Source: an uncultured archaeon (lineage in GTDB: Archaea > Asgardarchaeota > Lokiarchaeia > Sigyniarchaeales > SOKP01). From it: a stretch of DNA of 64,000 nt. Below the pieces are notes generated by a model, which worked only from the letters and a program-made list of their open reading frames with translations, was not told where the DNA came from and did not search any database. Where the stretch lies: the NCBI GenBank assembly GCA_964486045.1, contig CAZALK010000016.1, positions 32,001 to 96,000 of the forward strand, read 5' to 3'. Below, one piece after another: positions 39,490 through 49,467 of this stretch (its first letter is position 1; each line of letters starts with the position of its first letter). The position numbers and the translations under genes were made by a program.

Positions 39490-41298
39490 TTATTTATATA
39501 ATGGTCCCAATGCCTTACATGCTCTAAAGTCTGCTCCTTCTAAGTCTTTCGTTCCATATGCACTCCATGTGCTTGGTCGAAAAATTAATTCTTCTGGAAC
39601 ATTATGCATACTTACGGGAATTCTTAATAAAGAAGTTAAAGTTAGCATTTTAGCCCCTATATGACCGTAGCATAAAGCACCATGATTTGCACCCCAGTTA
39701 TTCATAACATTATAAACTGATTTAAAAGCACCCTCTCCGGTTAATTTTGGAACGAACCACGTTGTAGGCCAAGTATTATTTGTACGATCATCTAGAATCT
39801 GGTGAATTTCTTCAGGAATATTGATTGCCCATCCTTCAGCCAATTGAAACACTAAACCAAGATCTTTTATTATATTTACTCTTGACATAGTCATGGGCAT
39901 AACCCCTTTTGTAAGGAAGTTGGAAGAAAAGCCACCACCTCGGAAATATTCATTAACGACAGAATCCCACTTAGTTGACGCAAGACATCTTTCCATTTCT
40001 TCGACAGAAATTTTCCAAAAGGGTTTCATAACGGGTTGATTATTAGATTCTTGCTGACCAGTTCCATCCATTGAAGCTGAACCAGAATTGATTAAGTGTA
40101 TCATTCCATTTTTTGCTTTTCCAGTTAATTCCATTCGAGTGACACGTTTTACAGCTTCGGGACTCCAATAAGTTCTTACATCAGCAAAAACTTGAGATGT
40201 TTGGGTTAATAGGTGTCCAAAAAGCATAGCAATTCCATTCAATGCATCATTTTCAGTCGCCATTATATAAGGTTGCCTAATTCCATTCCAATCGAATGAG
40301 CTGTTCAATATTGTTTCCATAAAATCTCCATTTGGTAAGAAATCTGTCCATTGACGTTGTCCTTGGAAACCAGCTGCGATCGCATTATGTCCTAGTGATT
40401 CTTCCCCGAATCCAAAATCTTTAAGTCTTGGATTACCTACCATTAGATCTCGACAAATCATAGTCATCTTAATAATTGTTTCCCATTCTTTATCTTTTTG
40501 CTCTCTTGTTTTTTGTACTTCAATAGGATTCGTATCTTTCCCTTCCTTACATTTCTCTCTTACCCATTTTTTAGCTTTAATGTATTCTTCCTTGTCGTAG
40601 ATTTCTTCACTAATTCTTCTAATAATTTCAGACATGTCTACGTATTCGTTTCTCATCCCTAGATAATCTTGAAAATAATTTTCTTGCACAATTGAACCAG
40701 CAATTCCCATAGAAACTCCACCAATAGATAAATATGACTTTCCTCTCATCCATGCTACAGCAAGCCCTGCTTGGGTAAATCGCAGGAGTTTTTCTTTAAC
40801 ATCTTCAGGAATACTTGTGTCATCTTCATCTTGAACATCTTTTCCATAAATACCAAAGGCAGGTAATCCTTTTTGATTGTGAGCTGCTAAAACTGCCGCA
40901 AGGTATACTGCACCAGGTCTTTCTGTCCCATTGAAACCCCATAAAGCTTTGGGTATATAGGGATCCATATCCATCGTTTCAGATCCATAACACCAACAGG
41001 GTGTAACAGTTATAGATAATCCTACGTTTTCTTTTTTGAATTTATCAGCACATAAAGCAGCTTGGGCAACTCCACCTATTGTGGAATCTGCGATAACGGA
41101 TTCAACGGGTAATCCATTTGGGTGTTTTAGGTTCTGAGATAATAAATCTGCTACAGCGTTAGCCATACCCATTGTTTGGTCTTCTAAAGATTCCCTTACA
41201 CCTTTTTCCCTACCGTCAATTGTAGGTCGGATACCTACTTTTGGAATTAATCCTCTTAATCTTCTTACTCCAACATGCCTTTCCAATTTTGACACCAT
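39490..41298 (-). CDS. fucI: L-fucose isomerase
   Basis: [49 protein letters not shown]. Confidence 0.97.
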   Translation of the reverse strand: MVSKLERHVGVRRLRGLIPKVGIRPTIDGREKGVRESLEDQTMGMANAVADLLSQNLKHPNGLPVESVIADSTIGGVAQAALCADKFKKENVGLSITVTPCWCYGSETMDMDPYIPKALWGFNGTERPGAVYLAAVLAAHNQKGLPAFGIYGKDVQDEDDTSIPEDVKEKLLRFTQAGLAVAWMRGKSYLSIGGVSMGIAGSIVQENYFQDYLGMRNEYVDMSEIIRRISEEIYDKEEYIKAKKWVREKCKEGKDTNPIEVQKTREQKDKEWETIIKMTMICRDLMVGNPRLKDFGFGEESLGHNAIAAGFQGQRQWTDFLPNGDFMETILNSSFDWNGIRQPYIMATENDALNGIAMLFGHLLTQTSQVFADVRTYWSPEAVKRVTRMELTGKAKNGMIHLINSGSASMDGTGQQESNNQPVMKPFWKISVEEMERCLASTKWDSVVNEYFRGGGFSSNFLTKGVMPMTMSRVNIIKDLGLVFQLAEGWAINIPEEIHQILDDRTNNTWPTTWFVPKLTGEGAFKSVYNVMNNWGANHGALCYGHIGAKMLTLTSLLRIPVSMHNVPEELIFRPSTWSAYGTKDLEGADFRACKALGPLYK

Positions 41299-41346
41299 TA
41301 TGAGATTTAAATTACTATATTTTAAATTTAAAATTATAAATGAGTA

Positions 41347-41958
41347 TTACCATTCTGAGAAGTATTTTTCTTTTGAATAATCCCTTTTTAATGATTTCCC
41401 TGTCATCATTGTATAATATCTTATCATGGCTGATTGTTCTGCGCCAGTAACATTTTGAAGGGCATCATATAATGTATTTCCTTTGGCAAAAACTCCATGA
41501 GCTCTTACTACAACAATCGGATAATTTTTAAGGACTTTTGGCACCTCTCTCGCAGCATCTATTGGCCCCGCGGGATTTTCTACTTCAATAACGGGTATTT
41601 TTCTATACCTATAGATACCTTCAGCATCAAGACAGGTGATTGCATCTTCTAAGAGTGATAATATTACACAGAAGGGATTGTGAGCATGAATTACAGCCAT
41701 CGCATCTGTATTTAGATAGATTTGACGATGGACATCTGTTTCTGTGCTTGACAACATAATACCAGAATCGGTCTTATAGAGATCTGTTTCAATAATATCC
41801 TCAAGCTCTAAATATCCTAACATGGCTCCCCTTCTCTTGATGAGGATTTTTCCCCCAGATCTCATACTAATGTTTCCCGAGTGGGAAGTGTTATACCGAT
41901 GATCAGTTAAAATCTTCCCTGTAATATTAAACTGCTTGTAAGTTTCAGCGTCAATCAT
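41347..41958 (-). CDS. fucA: Class II aldolase (L-fuculose-1-phosphate aldolase-like)
   Basis: SGNIS, SSTETDVH, IHAH, RAHG zinc ligands; adjacent to fucI. Confidence 0.82.
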   Translation of the reverse strand: MIDAETYKQFNITGKILTDHRYNTSHSGNISMRSGGKILIKRRGAMLGYLELEDIIETDLYKTDSGIMLSSTETDVHRQIYLNTDAMAVIHAHNPFCVILSLLEDAITCLDAEGIYRYRKIPVIEVENPAGPIDAAREVPKVLKNYPIVVVRAHGVFAKGNTLYDALQNVTGAEQSAMIRYYTMMTGKSLKRDYSKEKYFSEW

Positions 41959-42000
41959 TACATTTCTCGTTAAGATTTTATTTACTTTTAATTATAATTA

Positions 42001-43806
42001 TTAAACTAATCTTTTTATAGATAGCCTTTCAAGTAATTCTTCAGTAGGATTGCCATTTTCATCCCATTGCCTTACAGAGTAATAATCTTGTAAAAGACGT
42101 TTAAGCGGAACTACTTTTCCTTTTGAAGGTCCTTCCATTAGTGGAGTCTCCAAAAATCTACTTGGTAATGTATCATCCTTTTTTGAAAATCCCTCTCTAA
42201 TGTTATATAAGCGCTCTAAATTGTATATTCTTTCTCCTATGGTGATAAGATTAGTAATGGAAATCTCTCTGTTTAAAATAGAACTTAAAAATCTAGCCTG
42301 GAATTCGAATCCAAGGGCGTATCCTACAAATTTGCATACAATTAGAGAATCTTCGACTGCGCTCTGATTTTGTTTTAAAAATAAGAGATCAGATTTACCA
42401 TTAACTGAAAATCTATTAACAAGTTTTGGTACTCCTAGTATTTCTAAAGCAGCCAGAAAGCCTGTTAAATGACAAGCACCTCTGGAACTCACAGCATAAT
42501 TTAAAGCATGACCAAAAGCACCTCTGGGATCGTAAGCTGGAATTTCCATTCCTTTTACTTGCATTGCATAATCCAAAGCATCATGACTTCTTGAAAACCT
42601 TAAAGAACCTTCTGCAAGCTCATCTCCGATTCCATTTCTTGATGCTATTTTTTCAATAATGTTGCAAAGTATCTCTTCTTTCCCAAATTTAAGGTTAGGA
42701 TCGTTAAGAATATTATTTTTCTGAAGATCCATAGCACATGCTATTGTACCTCCCGTTGATATTGTATCTAAGCCATATTCATTACATAAATAATTTGCAT
42801 GTGTAATTTCTTTTAGGTTAAATATTCCTGTTAATGGTCCTAAGGCCCATAGAGATTCGTATTCTGGACCTTTTCCGCTCATCTCCCCCGTGTTTGTCAT
42901 TCTACCGCATTTAATTATACAATTATAACATCCTTCGTTATTTTCTAAATACATTTCTCGTAATTTTTCCCCACTTACCTTATCTATTAAATTTGTATCA
43001 GTAAAAGCTGATTGAAAATTTCTTACTGGAAACATTCCGAATAAATTTATAACTTTCACTAAAGCAGCAGTTCCAAACATTGCTAACCCTTGAGAAGTTA
43101 TTGGAACGACTCTAATCTTATCTAAGGCTATAACATTAAGTTTTCTCATATATTCCTTGTTTTTTATCGGGAATTTTTTATTCCCATTTTTCACAACGAT
43201 CGCTTTAAGGTTTTTTGAACCCATTACGGCTCCGACACCCCCACGACCAAAGGCTCGATGTGCTTGGTTTATTATAGAAGAAAATTTTACGAGGTTTTCC
43301 CCTGCTGGTCCAATACATAAAACTTGAGAGTTTTTCCCTTCTATTTCTTTAATTTTTTTAACTAAATTGGAAGTTTTTAACCCCCATAATTCTAAGGCAT
43401 CTTTTATCTCAACCTTATTATTCCCATCAATTACAATGTATCCTCTATCTTCATCTTGTAATTTATTAGAAATTATTAGGCAATCATATCCACACTTCTT
43501 AAAATAAGGTCCCCAATAACCTCCAGAATTTGAATGAAAAATTGTATTTGTTAAAGGAGATTTGGTCACTAAGGAAAACCTACCACTTGTTGGGACAGTG
43601 CTACTAGTTACAGGACCAACTGAAAAAATTAGGAGATTTTCTTTTGATAGGGGATCAATACCTCTTGGTATAAGATCTGTAAATAGCTTTACACCTAATC
43701 CTCTACCCCCCAAATAGTTTAAAAGAGTTTGACTCTCGATTTCATCAACCATCATCCTTTCAGTTGATAAATCAATATGTAAAATTTGATTATTCATTCC
43801 TTCCAT
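42001..43806 (-). CDS. aor: Aldehyde:ferredoxin oxidoreductase (W/Mo-pterin)
   Basis: YLGGRGLG, KSPLT, IGPAGEN, GRGGVGAVMGSKNLKAI, CYNCIIKC, GPEYE, DTISTG, RGACH. Confidence 0.95.
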   Translation of the reverse strand: MEGMNNQILHIDLSTERMMVDEIESQTLLNYLGGRGLGVKLFTDLIPRGIDPLSKENLLIFSVGPVTSSTVPTSGRFSLVTKSPLTNTIFHSNSGGYWGPYFKKCGYDCLIISNKLQDEDRGYIVIDGNNKVEIKDALELWGLKTSNLVKKIKEIEGKNSQVLCIGPAGENLVKFSSIINQAHRAFGRGGVGAVMGSKNLKAIVVKNGNKKFPIKNKEYMRKLNVIALDKIRVVPITSQGLAMFGTAALVKVINLFGMFPVRNFQSAFTDTNLIDKVSGEKLREMYLENNEGCYNCIIKCGRMTNTGEMSGKGPEYESLWALGPLTGIFNLKEITHANYLCNEYGLDTISTGGTIACAMDLQKNNILNDPNLKFGKEEILCNIIEKIASRNGIGDELAEGSLRFSRSHDALDYAMQVKGMEIPAYDPRGAFGHALNYAVSSRGACHLTGFLAALEILGVPKLVNRFSVNGKSDLLFLKQNQSAVEDSLIVCKFVGYALGFEFQARFLSSILNREISITNLITIGERIYNLERLYNIREGFSKKDDTLPSRFLETPLMEGPSKGKVVPLKRLLQDYYSVRQWDENGNPTEELLERLSIKRLV

Positions 43807-43910
43807 TATAAGAAAAAAGTAAAATAAAAAATTAAATTACTTAAATTATAAATTTTAATACATTCTTTAATTTTCTTATCATTTGAAAGAGATACTACCA
43901 TCTTATTACT

Positions 43911-44831
43911 ATGAAAATTGTTAATATTACATCTAATTTCCATGATATTCAATTGGATCTTAAAGGAACCAATTTTACGAGTACTTTAAGTTCATGGGCA
44001 TTTAAAGATGATAATTTGTGTTTTCTTGTAGATACTGGACCAACATCAGCTATAGATTCATTGAAAATCGCATTGGACAAAATAGGTATTAAGAAAAACG
44101 ATCTTAAGTATATTTTGATTACACACATCCACCAAGACCATGCGGGAGGAGTAGGAAAATTGATTAAATCATTTCCCCGAGCTCAAATCATCTGTCATCC
44201 AAAAGGGATCAAACACTTAATAAATCCTAAAAAGCTTTGGGAGGGAAGTTTAAAAGTCTTGGGGAAAGTAGCAGAATTATATGGAGAGATTATACCTGTG
44301 CCCGAAGAAAGAATTGGTTATCAAGAAGAGGTTGGAAATGGGAGTATAAGAGTTATTGAAACTTCAGGACATGCACCACATCATCAATCTTACCTCTTTA
44401 ATAAATATTTATTGATTGGAGAAGCAGCCGGAGTGAATATCCCCCTACCTGGGAAAATCTATATTCGTCCAGCTACACCCCCTGTTTTCAATTACGATAT
44501 TTCTAGAGCCACAATTCAAAAGTTATTAGATGAAGATTTGGGTGCGAAAAAAATATGTTTTGCACATTATGGAATTAAAGATGATGTTGAATCAATGCTT
44601 ATAATTGCCAAGGAACAACTTGCAATATGGGTACAAGTAATTAGTGAGTTAATTGATTCAAAGAATAAATCAGACTATTTTGAGAAAGTGAGAAATGAAT
44701 TAAAAAAAAATGATATTTATTTTGCGAATATAGATGTTATGGATGAAAACGCAAGAGAAAAAGAATTCTTCTTTGTTGAAAATTGTATTAGAGGTATCAC
44801 AGACTATCTTGAGAAAAGGACGAAATTATAA
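43911..44831 (+). CDS. MBL-fold metallo-hydrolase
   Basis: LVDTG, THIHQDHAGG, GHAPHH, AHYG. Confidence 0.92.
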   Translation: MKIVNITSNFHDIQLDLKGTNFTSTLSSWAFKDDNLCFLVDTGPTSAIDSLKIALDKIGIKKNDLKYILITHIHQDHAGGVGKLIKSFPRAQIICHPKGIKHLINPKKLWEGSLKVLGKVAELYGEIIPVPEERIGYQEEVGNGSIRVIETSGHAPHHQSYLFNKYLLIGEAAGVNIPLPGKIYIRPATPPVFNYDISRATIQKLLDEDLGAKKICFAHYGIKDDVESMLIIAKEQLAIWVQVISELIDSKNKSDYFEKVRNELKKNDIYFANIDVMDENAREKEFFFVENCIRGITDYLEKRTKL

Positions 44832-44855
44832 AAAATAAATTGGTTTTTTCTTTTA

Positions 44856-45059
44856 TCAAATCGCATCGAATCCCAATTGAAGAGCGACTAAATTCGCTTC
44901 CAGTGCTTTATTTGGCACAGCATTAGAAATAACTCTTCTTATTTGATCTAAACTTACAGGAAATCCTTTGAATTTGATCAAAGCCCCTAACAAAACGACA
45001 TTAGAAGTAAGTGGGTTTCCTGCTTTATTTGCTTAATCCAAGGCATTTATGATATGTAT
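44856..45059 (-). pseudogene. iorB: C-terminal fragment of an indolepyruvate/2-oxoacid:ferredoxin oxidoreductase beta/gamma subunit
   Basis: IHIINALD*ANKAGNPLTSNVVLLGAL...EANLVALQLGFDAI*; internal TAA at 45033-45035; no 5' part. Confidence 0.7.
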
Positions 45060-45265
45060 GATATATCTTATATTACTAATTTTGGCGATAGATTCATTTT
45101 TTTTTTGCTCCCATAGAGAATGATGTTGATTTGTTATTGTTCTACTTTCTGAAATAAACAAAAAAAGAAAGATTTTCAAAAAATCTTACAAAATTATTTA
45201 TATGAGAAGTAGAATCTAAAATTAAGAGATTTTATCACAAACAAAGTATTAAAAGTGGTAAACCA

Positions 45266-46891
45266 ATGAGAAAGGTTCTATTAAAAACTGCAATTTTAAG
45301 TGTAATTATATCATCCATAACTGCAGTATTAGGCTTAATTGGTTATATTCCTGGTCTTGGAGTTCTAGGCAGCATCCAAGATGAATTCATTCCAATGGCT
45401 CCAAGTACAGCTATTTCCTTCCTAATATTGAATTTGATCATTCTAATTCTTCCCCATGTAGATTGGAAGAGGCGTAATACATTAATTGGATGTTTTTTCG
45501 CAATTTTCGTTTCGCTTTTTGGAATATTGGAAACATTTGATGCTTTTTTAGGAACAGACCTAAACCTGGAGAATCTATTGATCCCAAGTGTCGGTACTCT
45601 TGGTTCCATACCTATAGCTCGTATGTCTCCATCAACGGGTTTTTTGTTCTTTATCGCGGGATTGGCTACTTTTTCGCTGATATTTCTTAGATTTAAGAAG
45701 GAAAAAAGTCCCAAACTAATGCATTTAGCAGGTGTTTTAGGGGCATTGACTATTTTAATTGCTCTGATCTTCTTTTTGGCTTACATATATGGAACTCCAT
45801 TGTTGTATGGTCAAGGCTCTCTCGTTCCTATGGCATTAACAACAGCATTTGGATTTTTAATGCTTGGAGTGGGTTTATTCGCTTCATCGGATAAGAAATC
45901 TTTTCCTTTAAGATTTATTGCTCAATCTAATACATATGCTCAACTACTTCGTATATTCTTACCTTTAAGCATTATTGCGGTCTTATCGGGTAGTGTTGTT
46001 ACAATCTTTATCCAACTCTTTTCTAATGTTAACGCAGCATTCATTTCCGCTACAATTGTGGTTTTAGTTGCAGGAGTTACTGGTTTAGTTATTAATTGGG
46101 CCTCTAAAATCATAGGTGAATCTATCGATGAAGAACAAACCAAACGGAAGAATATAGAAGTTTTGTTACAAGAAACACTATACCACACAGAATTATATAA
46201 AGACATTTTTGCTCATGATATAAATAACATCCTTCAAAATATTCTTTCAGCAAATCATGTTATTGGTACATCACTAGAAAAAGACACTCGACAAGGAAAT
46301 AAAGAAATTATAGGGATGATGAATATAATTAAAGAGCAAGTTGATAGAGGGAGAAAATTGACATCAAACGTTAGGAGACTTACTCAAATTGAAGAACAAA
46401 AGCTTTCACTTAAATCCATAGATATTCTTAAAATTCTTAAAGATTCAATTCAATTTTTACAAAATTCTAACCAAAACAAAAAAATAAATATTCTTATTGA
46501 TTCATTTCAAGATACGCTATACCTCCAAGCTAATGAATTAATACAAGACTTGTTTGAAAATATTTTAATAAACGCAATCAAGCATAATAATGACGGTATC
46601 ATTGAGATAAGTATTAAAATTTCAAAGGAAATACAAAATAAAGATAATTGTTGTAAGATAGAATTCAATGATAATGGTTTAGGAATAGAAGATGAAAGAA
46701 AGCTGACTATATTTGAGAGAGCTTCCTTTAATAAAACAACTAGAAACGGAATGGGTCTAGGATTATCACTTGTAAAAAAAATAGTGGATAGTTTTAGAGG
46801 AAAAATCTGGGTTGAGGATAGAATTAAAGGAGAATACCCGAAAGGATCAAAATTCATCATTTTACTTCCTATGAAAGGGATATCACGTTAA
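45266..46891 (+). CDS. Membrane sensor histidine kinase
   Basis: Multi-TM N-terminus with repeated PMA..TA elements; AHDINN H-box, NILINAIKH, DNGLGI, GMGLGL. Confidence 0.93.
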   Translation: MRKVLLKTAILSVIISSITAVLGLIGYIPGLGVLGSIQDEFIPMAPSTAISFLILNLIILILPHVDWKRRNTLIGCFFAIFVSLFGILETFDAFLGTDLNLENLLIPSVGTLGSIPIARMSPSTGFLFFIAGLATFSLIFLRFKKEKSPKLMHLAGVLGALTILIALIFFLAYIYGTPLLYGQGSLVPMALTTAFGFLMLGVGLFASSDKKSFPLRFIAQSNTYAQLLRIFLPLSIIAVLSGSVVTIFIQLFSNVNAAFISATIVVLVAGVTGLVINWASKIIGESIDEEQTKRKNIEVLLQETLYHTELYKDIFAHDINNILQNILSANHVIGTSLEKDTRQGNKEIIGMMNIIKEQVDRGRKLTSNVRRLTQIEEQKLSLKSIDILKILKDSIQFLQNSNQNKKINILIDSFQDTLYLQANELIQDLFENILINAIKHNNDGIIEISIKISKEIQNKDNCCKIEFNDNGLGIEDERKLTIFERASFNKTTRNGMGLGLSLVKKIVDSFRGKIWVEDRIKGEYPKGSKFIILLPMKGISR

Positions 46892-46921
46892 AATGAGGAA
46901 ACATTAAATTTACTATTTATC

Positions 46922-47680
46922 ATGGTTAAAAAAAGAAGAAAACGTTTAAGACGTGGTCATCCAGTAGCAATTCTTATTGGTTTACATGATAAAGACGCTG
47001 TATTTTGGAGAATATTCAGTGAGGCAATTAGATTTCACCTCAAAATAAATCGTGGAAGGAAGAGAAAAAATCAAAATAAAAAGCAATTATATCATTTCCA
47101 TGAAGAAATCATTAATACATTAAGACCTATAATTAACGAAGGTATCAGAAGTGTAATACTTCTCTCCCCTCAAAAACAAGAATATTCAGATGAGTTTCTT
47201 AATCACGTTAATAAACATCATTTATGGCTATTAAAAAAAGGAGATAAACAGGTTGTTTTTTCTAAGATCATAGGTCATCAGGCAAAGAATCTAAGGGATG
47301 TGTATTACCTAAAAAGACAAGAATATTTTAAAGATATAATTGATGAAACCTCAAATCAAGAGGGATTGTTGATATTAGAGGAACTGAGAGAAATTATTAA
47401 CAAAAATAAAGAATCCTCAAAGATTCTTTATGCATGGAGAGAAATTGATTATGAGTTAAGACTTATTTTGAGAAATCCTAATTTAACTAAGCCAAATTAT
47501 ATTATTCTAACTGAAGAATATCTAAAAAATCCAAAAAATAGAAATAAAACACATCGAATTTTACAAATCGCAAAAAATCTTGAAATTAAAACCAAAATCG
47601 TTAGTCAAGAATCCGAGGCGGGTGTAATCGTAGACCAATTTGGAGGATTAGTATGTTATTTTAAATCAAAGTTAAGTTAA
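46922..47680 (+). CDS. Pelota/aRF1-like protein retaining only the middle and C-terminal domains
   Basis: AILIGL...FHEEII...VILLSP...DEFLNH (domain-2-like); KIVSQESEAGVIVDQFGGLVCY (domain-3 end); no GGQ or NIKS. Confidence 0.65.
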   Translation: MVKKRRKRLRRGHPVAILIGLHDKDAVFWRIFSEAIRFHLKINRGRKRKNQNKKQLYHFHEEIINTLRPIINEGIRSVILLSPQKQEYSDEFLNHVNKHHLWLLKKGDKQVVFSKIIGHQAKNLRDVYYLKRQEYFKDIIDETSNQEGLLILEELREIINKNKESSKILYAWREIDYELRLILRNPNLTKPNYIILTEEYLKNPKNRNKTHRILQIAKNLEIKTKIVSQESEAGVIVDQFGGLVCYFKSKLS

Positions 47681-47790
47681 TTTTTTACGTACCATTTTCG
47701 TTTATAAATTAGTATCCATAGAGTTAAAATAATCTAAAATTGTTTTAAATCAATAATTTGTTAATTATATAATTAGTAGGTGTGTAAATA

Positions 47791-48084
47791 TTGGCCTCAA
47801 CTGATGAACCTCAAAAGATAAAAATTGGTGGAGCAGGGATAGCTAGTCTTTTATTAATCCCAACCATAGTTTTTATATTCTGCTTATCGATCACATATAT
47901 ATTTCCAAATGTAATACCACCCGGAAATTTGGTGTTTACACCCAAAATTGACCCTGCGTCTGGTCAACCACTAAGTTTGGACCCATTAACATCTTTAATA
48001 GTGTCTTTGACTAATGGCGCTGTTTATGCTTCTACAGTAATATTGATAGAAGTTATATATGTAGTAAGGCGACGATCTAAATAG
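47791..48084 (+). CDS. Small two-TM hypothetical protein
   Basis: AGGTG SD, TTG start, two hydrophobic helices, basic tail. Confidence 0.65.
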   Translation: MASTDEPQKIKIGGAGIASLLLIPTIVFIFCLSITYIFPNVIPPGNLVFTPKIDPASGQPLSLDPLTSLIVSLTNGAVYASTVILIEVIYVVRRRSK

Positions 48085-48087
48085 TGA

Positions 48088-49362
48088 TTACTGGAATCTT
48101 TCGTTTGTAAGTTTAGGACTTTTAACATTTCGGGATATATAGATCAAAAGTGTTAAGATAACGAGTCCAAAAATCCCAAGAAACAAGAAAATTGAATAAA
48201 TATTTATTTCAGAAACAAATCCAGCAATTATAGGAGTAAACCCGAAACCAGCCCCTATTAAAATCTCATTTATTGTTGCGTACTTTGAAGTATCCTGGGC
48301 TGTTCCATATTCAAGCATTATTTTCATAGCCGTGCCATGAATAAGACCTAAGAAAAGTCCAACAAATGCAGTTAGTATTGAAATATATATAATATTTCTT
48401 AGGAATAGAATGAGTAAGGCAAAAACAACAATAAAAAATAAGCCTGAAAATGATGCAAATTTTCTCTTGTACGTGTTCATCGAATTTATCCAGGTTAAAC
48501 CAATCAGCTGCGTTGATTGTACCCCACATTGAACTAAATAGGTTAAATACGAGGGACTATCGAAGGCTTTTATAAAAAGAGGGTAACTAAAAGCAAAACT
48601 TGATTTTGAAATTGTTAAGATTAAAATCCCAAACCATGAGAACAAAATTGGGTAGACAACCATAGGTGTATTTCGATTTACAGTTAAATCTTCTTCTATA
48701 TCTAAATGAGATAGAGGGTCTTCTGTCTGATAAATTACTTTATTTGTTGAAATATGATTTTTAGAATCTTTGCTTATGAAAAAACTTGCAGGAATTAATA
48801 GAAATGACAAACTCCAAGAGATAACCATTGCATAGTAATCACTCCAAGAGAATGCCAAAAAAAAGCCAACAATAAGACCAAAGATAAACCCAAAATTCCA
48901 AGATACATTAAATAAAGCAAAATTCTTTTTTGATTTCTCAATGCTACTTTTTTTTTGCCATTTACTTAATAAATTAAGACAATTTGGCCAAAAAAATCCC
49001 ATTGTTAATCCTAACGAAACTCTACATAAAATTAAAAACCATGCTTGTGGAAAAAATATTTGAGCACCTGTTAGTAGGGGTGTTGTAACGGAAGAAAAAA
49101 TAAGAGCTTTTCGAATTCCAAAAAATTTTTTGGTTATATATTGGCCTAAGATCGGAGCAAAAATATAACTGATAGCCCCAGCTGATGAAATAAAGCCCAG
49201 AGTGCTCTTACGAATATCTATAATAAATAATAAATAATTAGATAGGGCTCTTTCAAAAATCGCAACATAAAATAACCTAATAAATGAAAGCAAGAAGACT
49301 GGCCAGGTTCGATAACTCAAGGAAGAAAAGTCTTTAGTCGCATTTGTTTTTGAGTTCAGCAC
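48088..49362 (-). CDS. MFS transporter
   Basis: About 12 TM segments in a 6+6 arrangement with a central loop. Confidence 0.85.
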   Translation of the reverse strand: MLNSKTNATKDFSSLSYRTWPVFLLSFIRLFYVAIFERALSNYLLFIIDIRKSTLGFISSAGAISYIFAPILGQYITKKFFGIRKALIFSSVTTPLLTGAQIFFPQAWFLILCRVSLGLTMGFFWPNCLNLLSKWQKKSSIEKSKKNFALFNVSWNFGFIFGLIVGFFLAFSWSDYYAMVISWSLSFLLIPASFFISKDSKNHISTNKVIYQTEDPLSHLDIEEDLTVNRNTPMVVYPILFSWFGILILTISKSSFAFSYPLFIKAFDSPSYLTYLVQCGVQSTQLIGLTWINSMNTYKRKFASFSGLFFIVVFALLILFLRNIIYISILTAFVGLFLGLIHGTAMKIMLEYGTAQDTSKYATINEILIGAGFGFTPIIAGFVSEINIYSIFLFLGIFGLVILTLLIYISRNVKSPKLTNERFQ

Positions 49363-49467
49363 AATAATAAGCTAATAATGTATAAATTAAATTGGATAAT
49401 AGTGTGTACTTCAAATACTTTCCTAAAATCGTTCTGCGACTAATATAACTTAATTTTTACTATTTTA

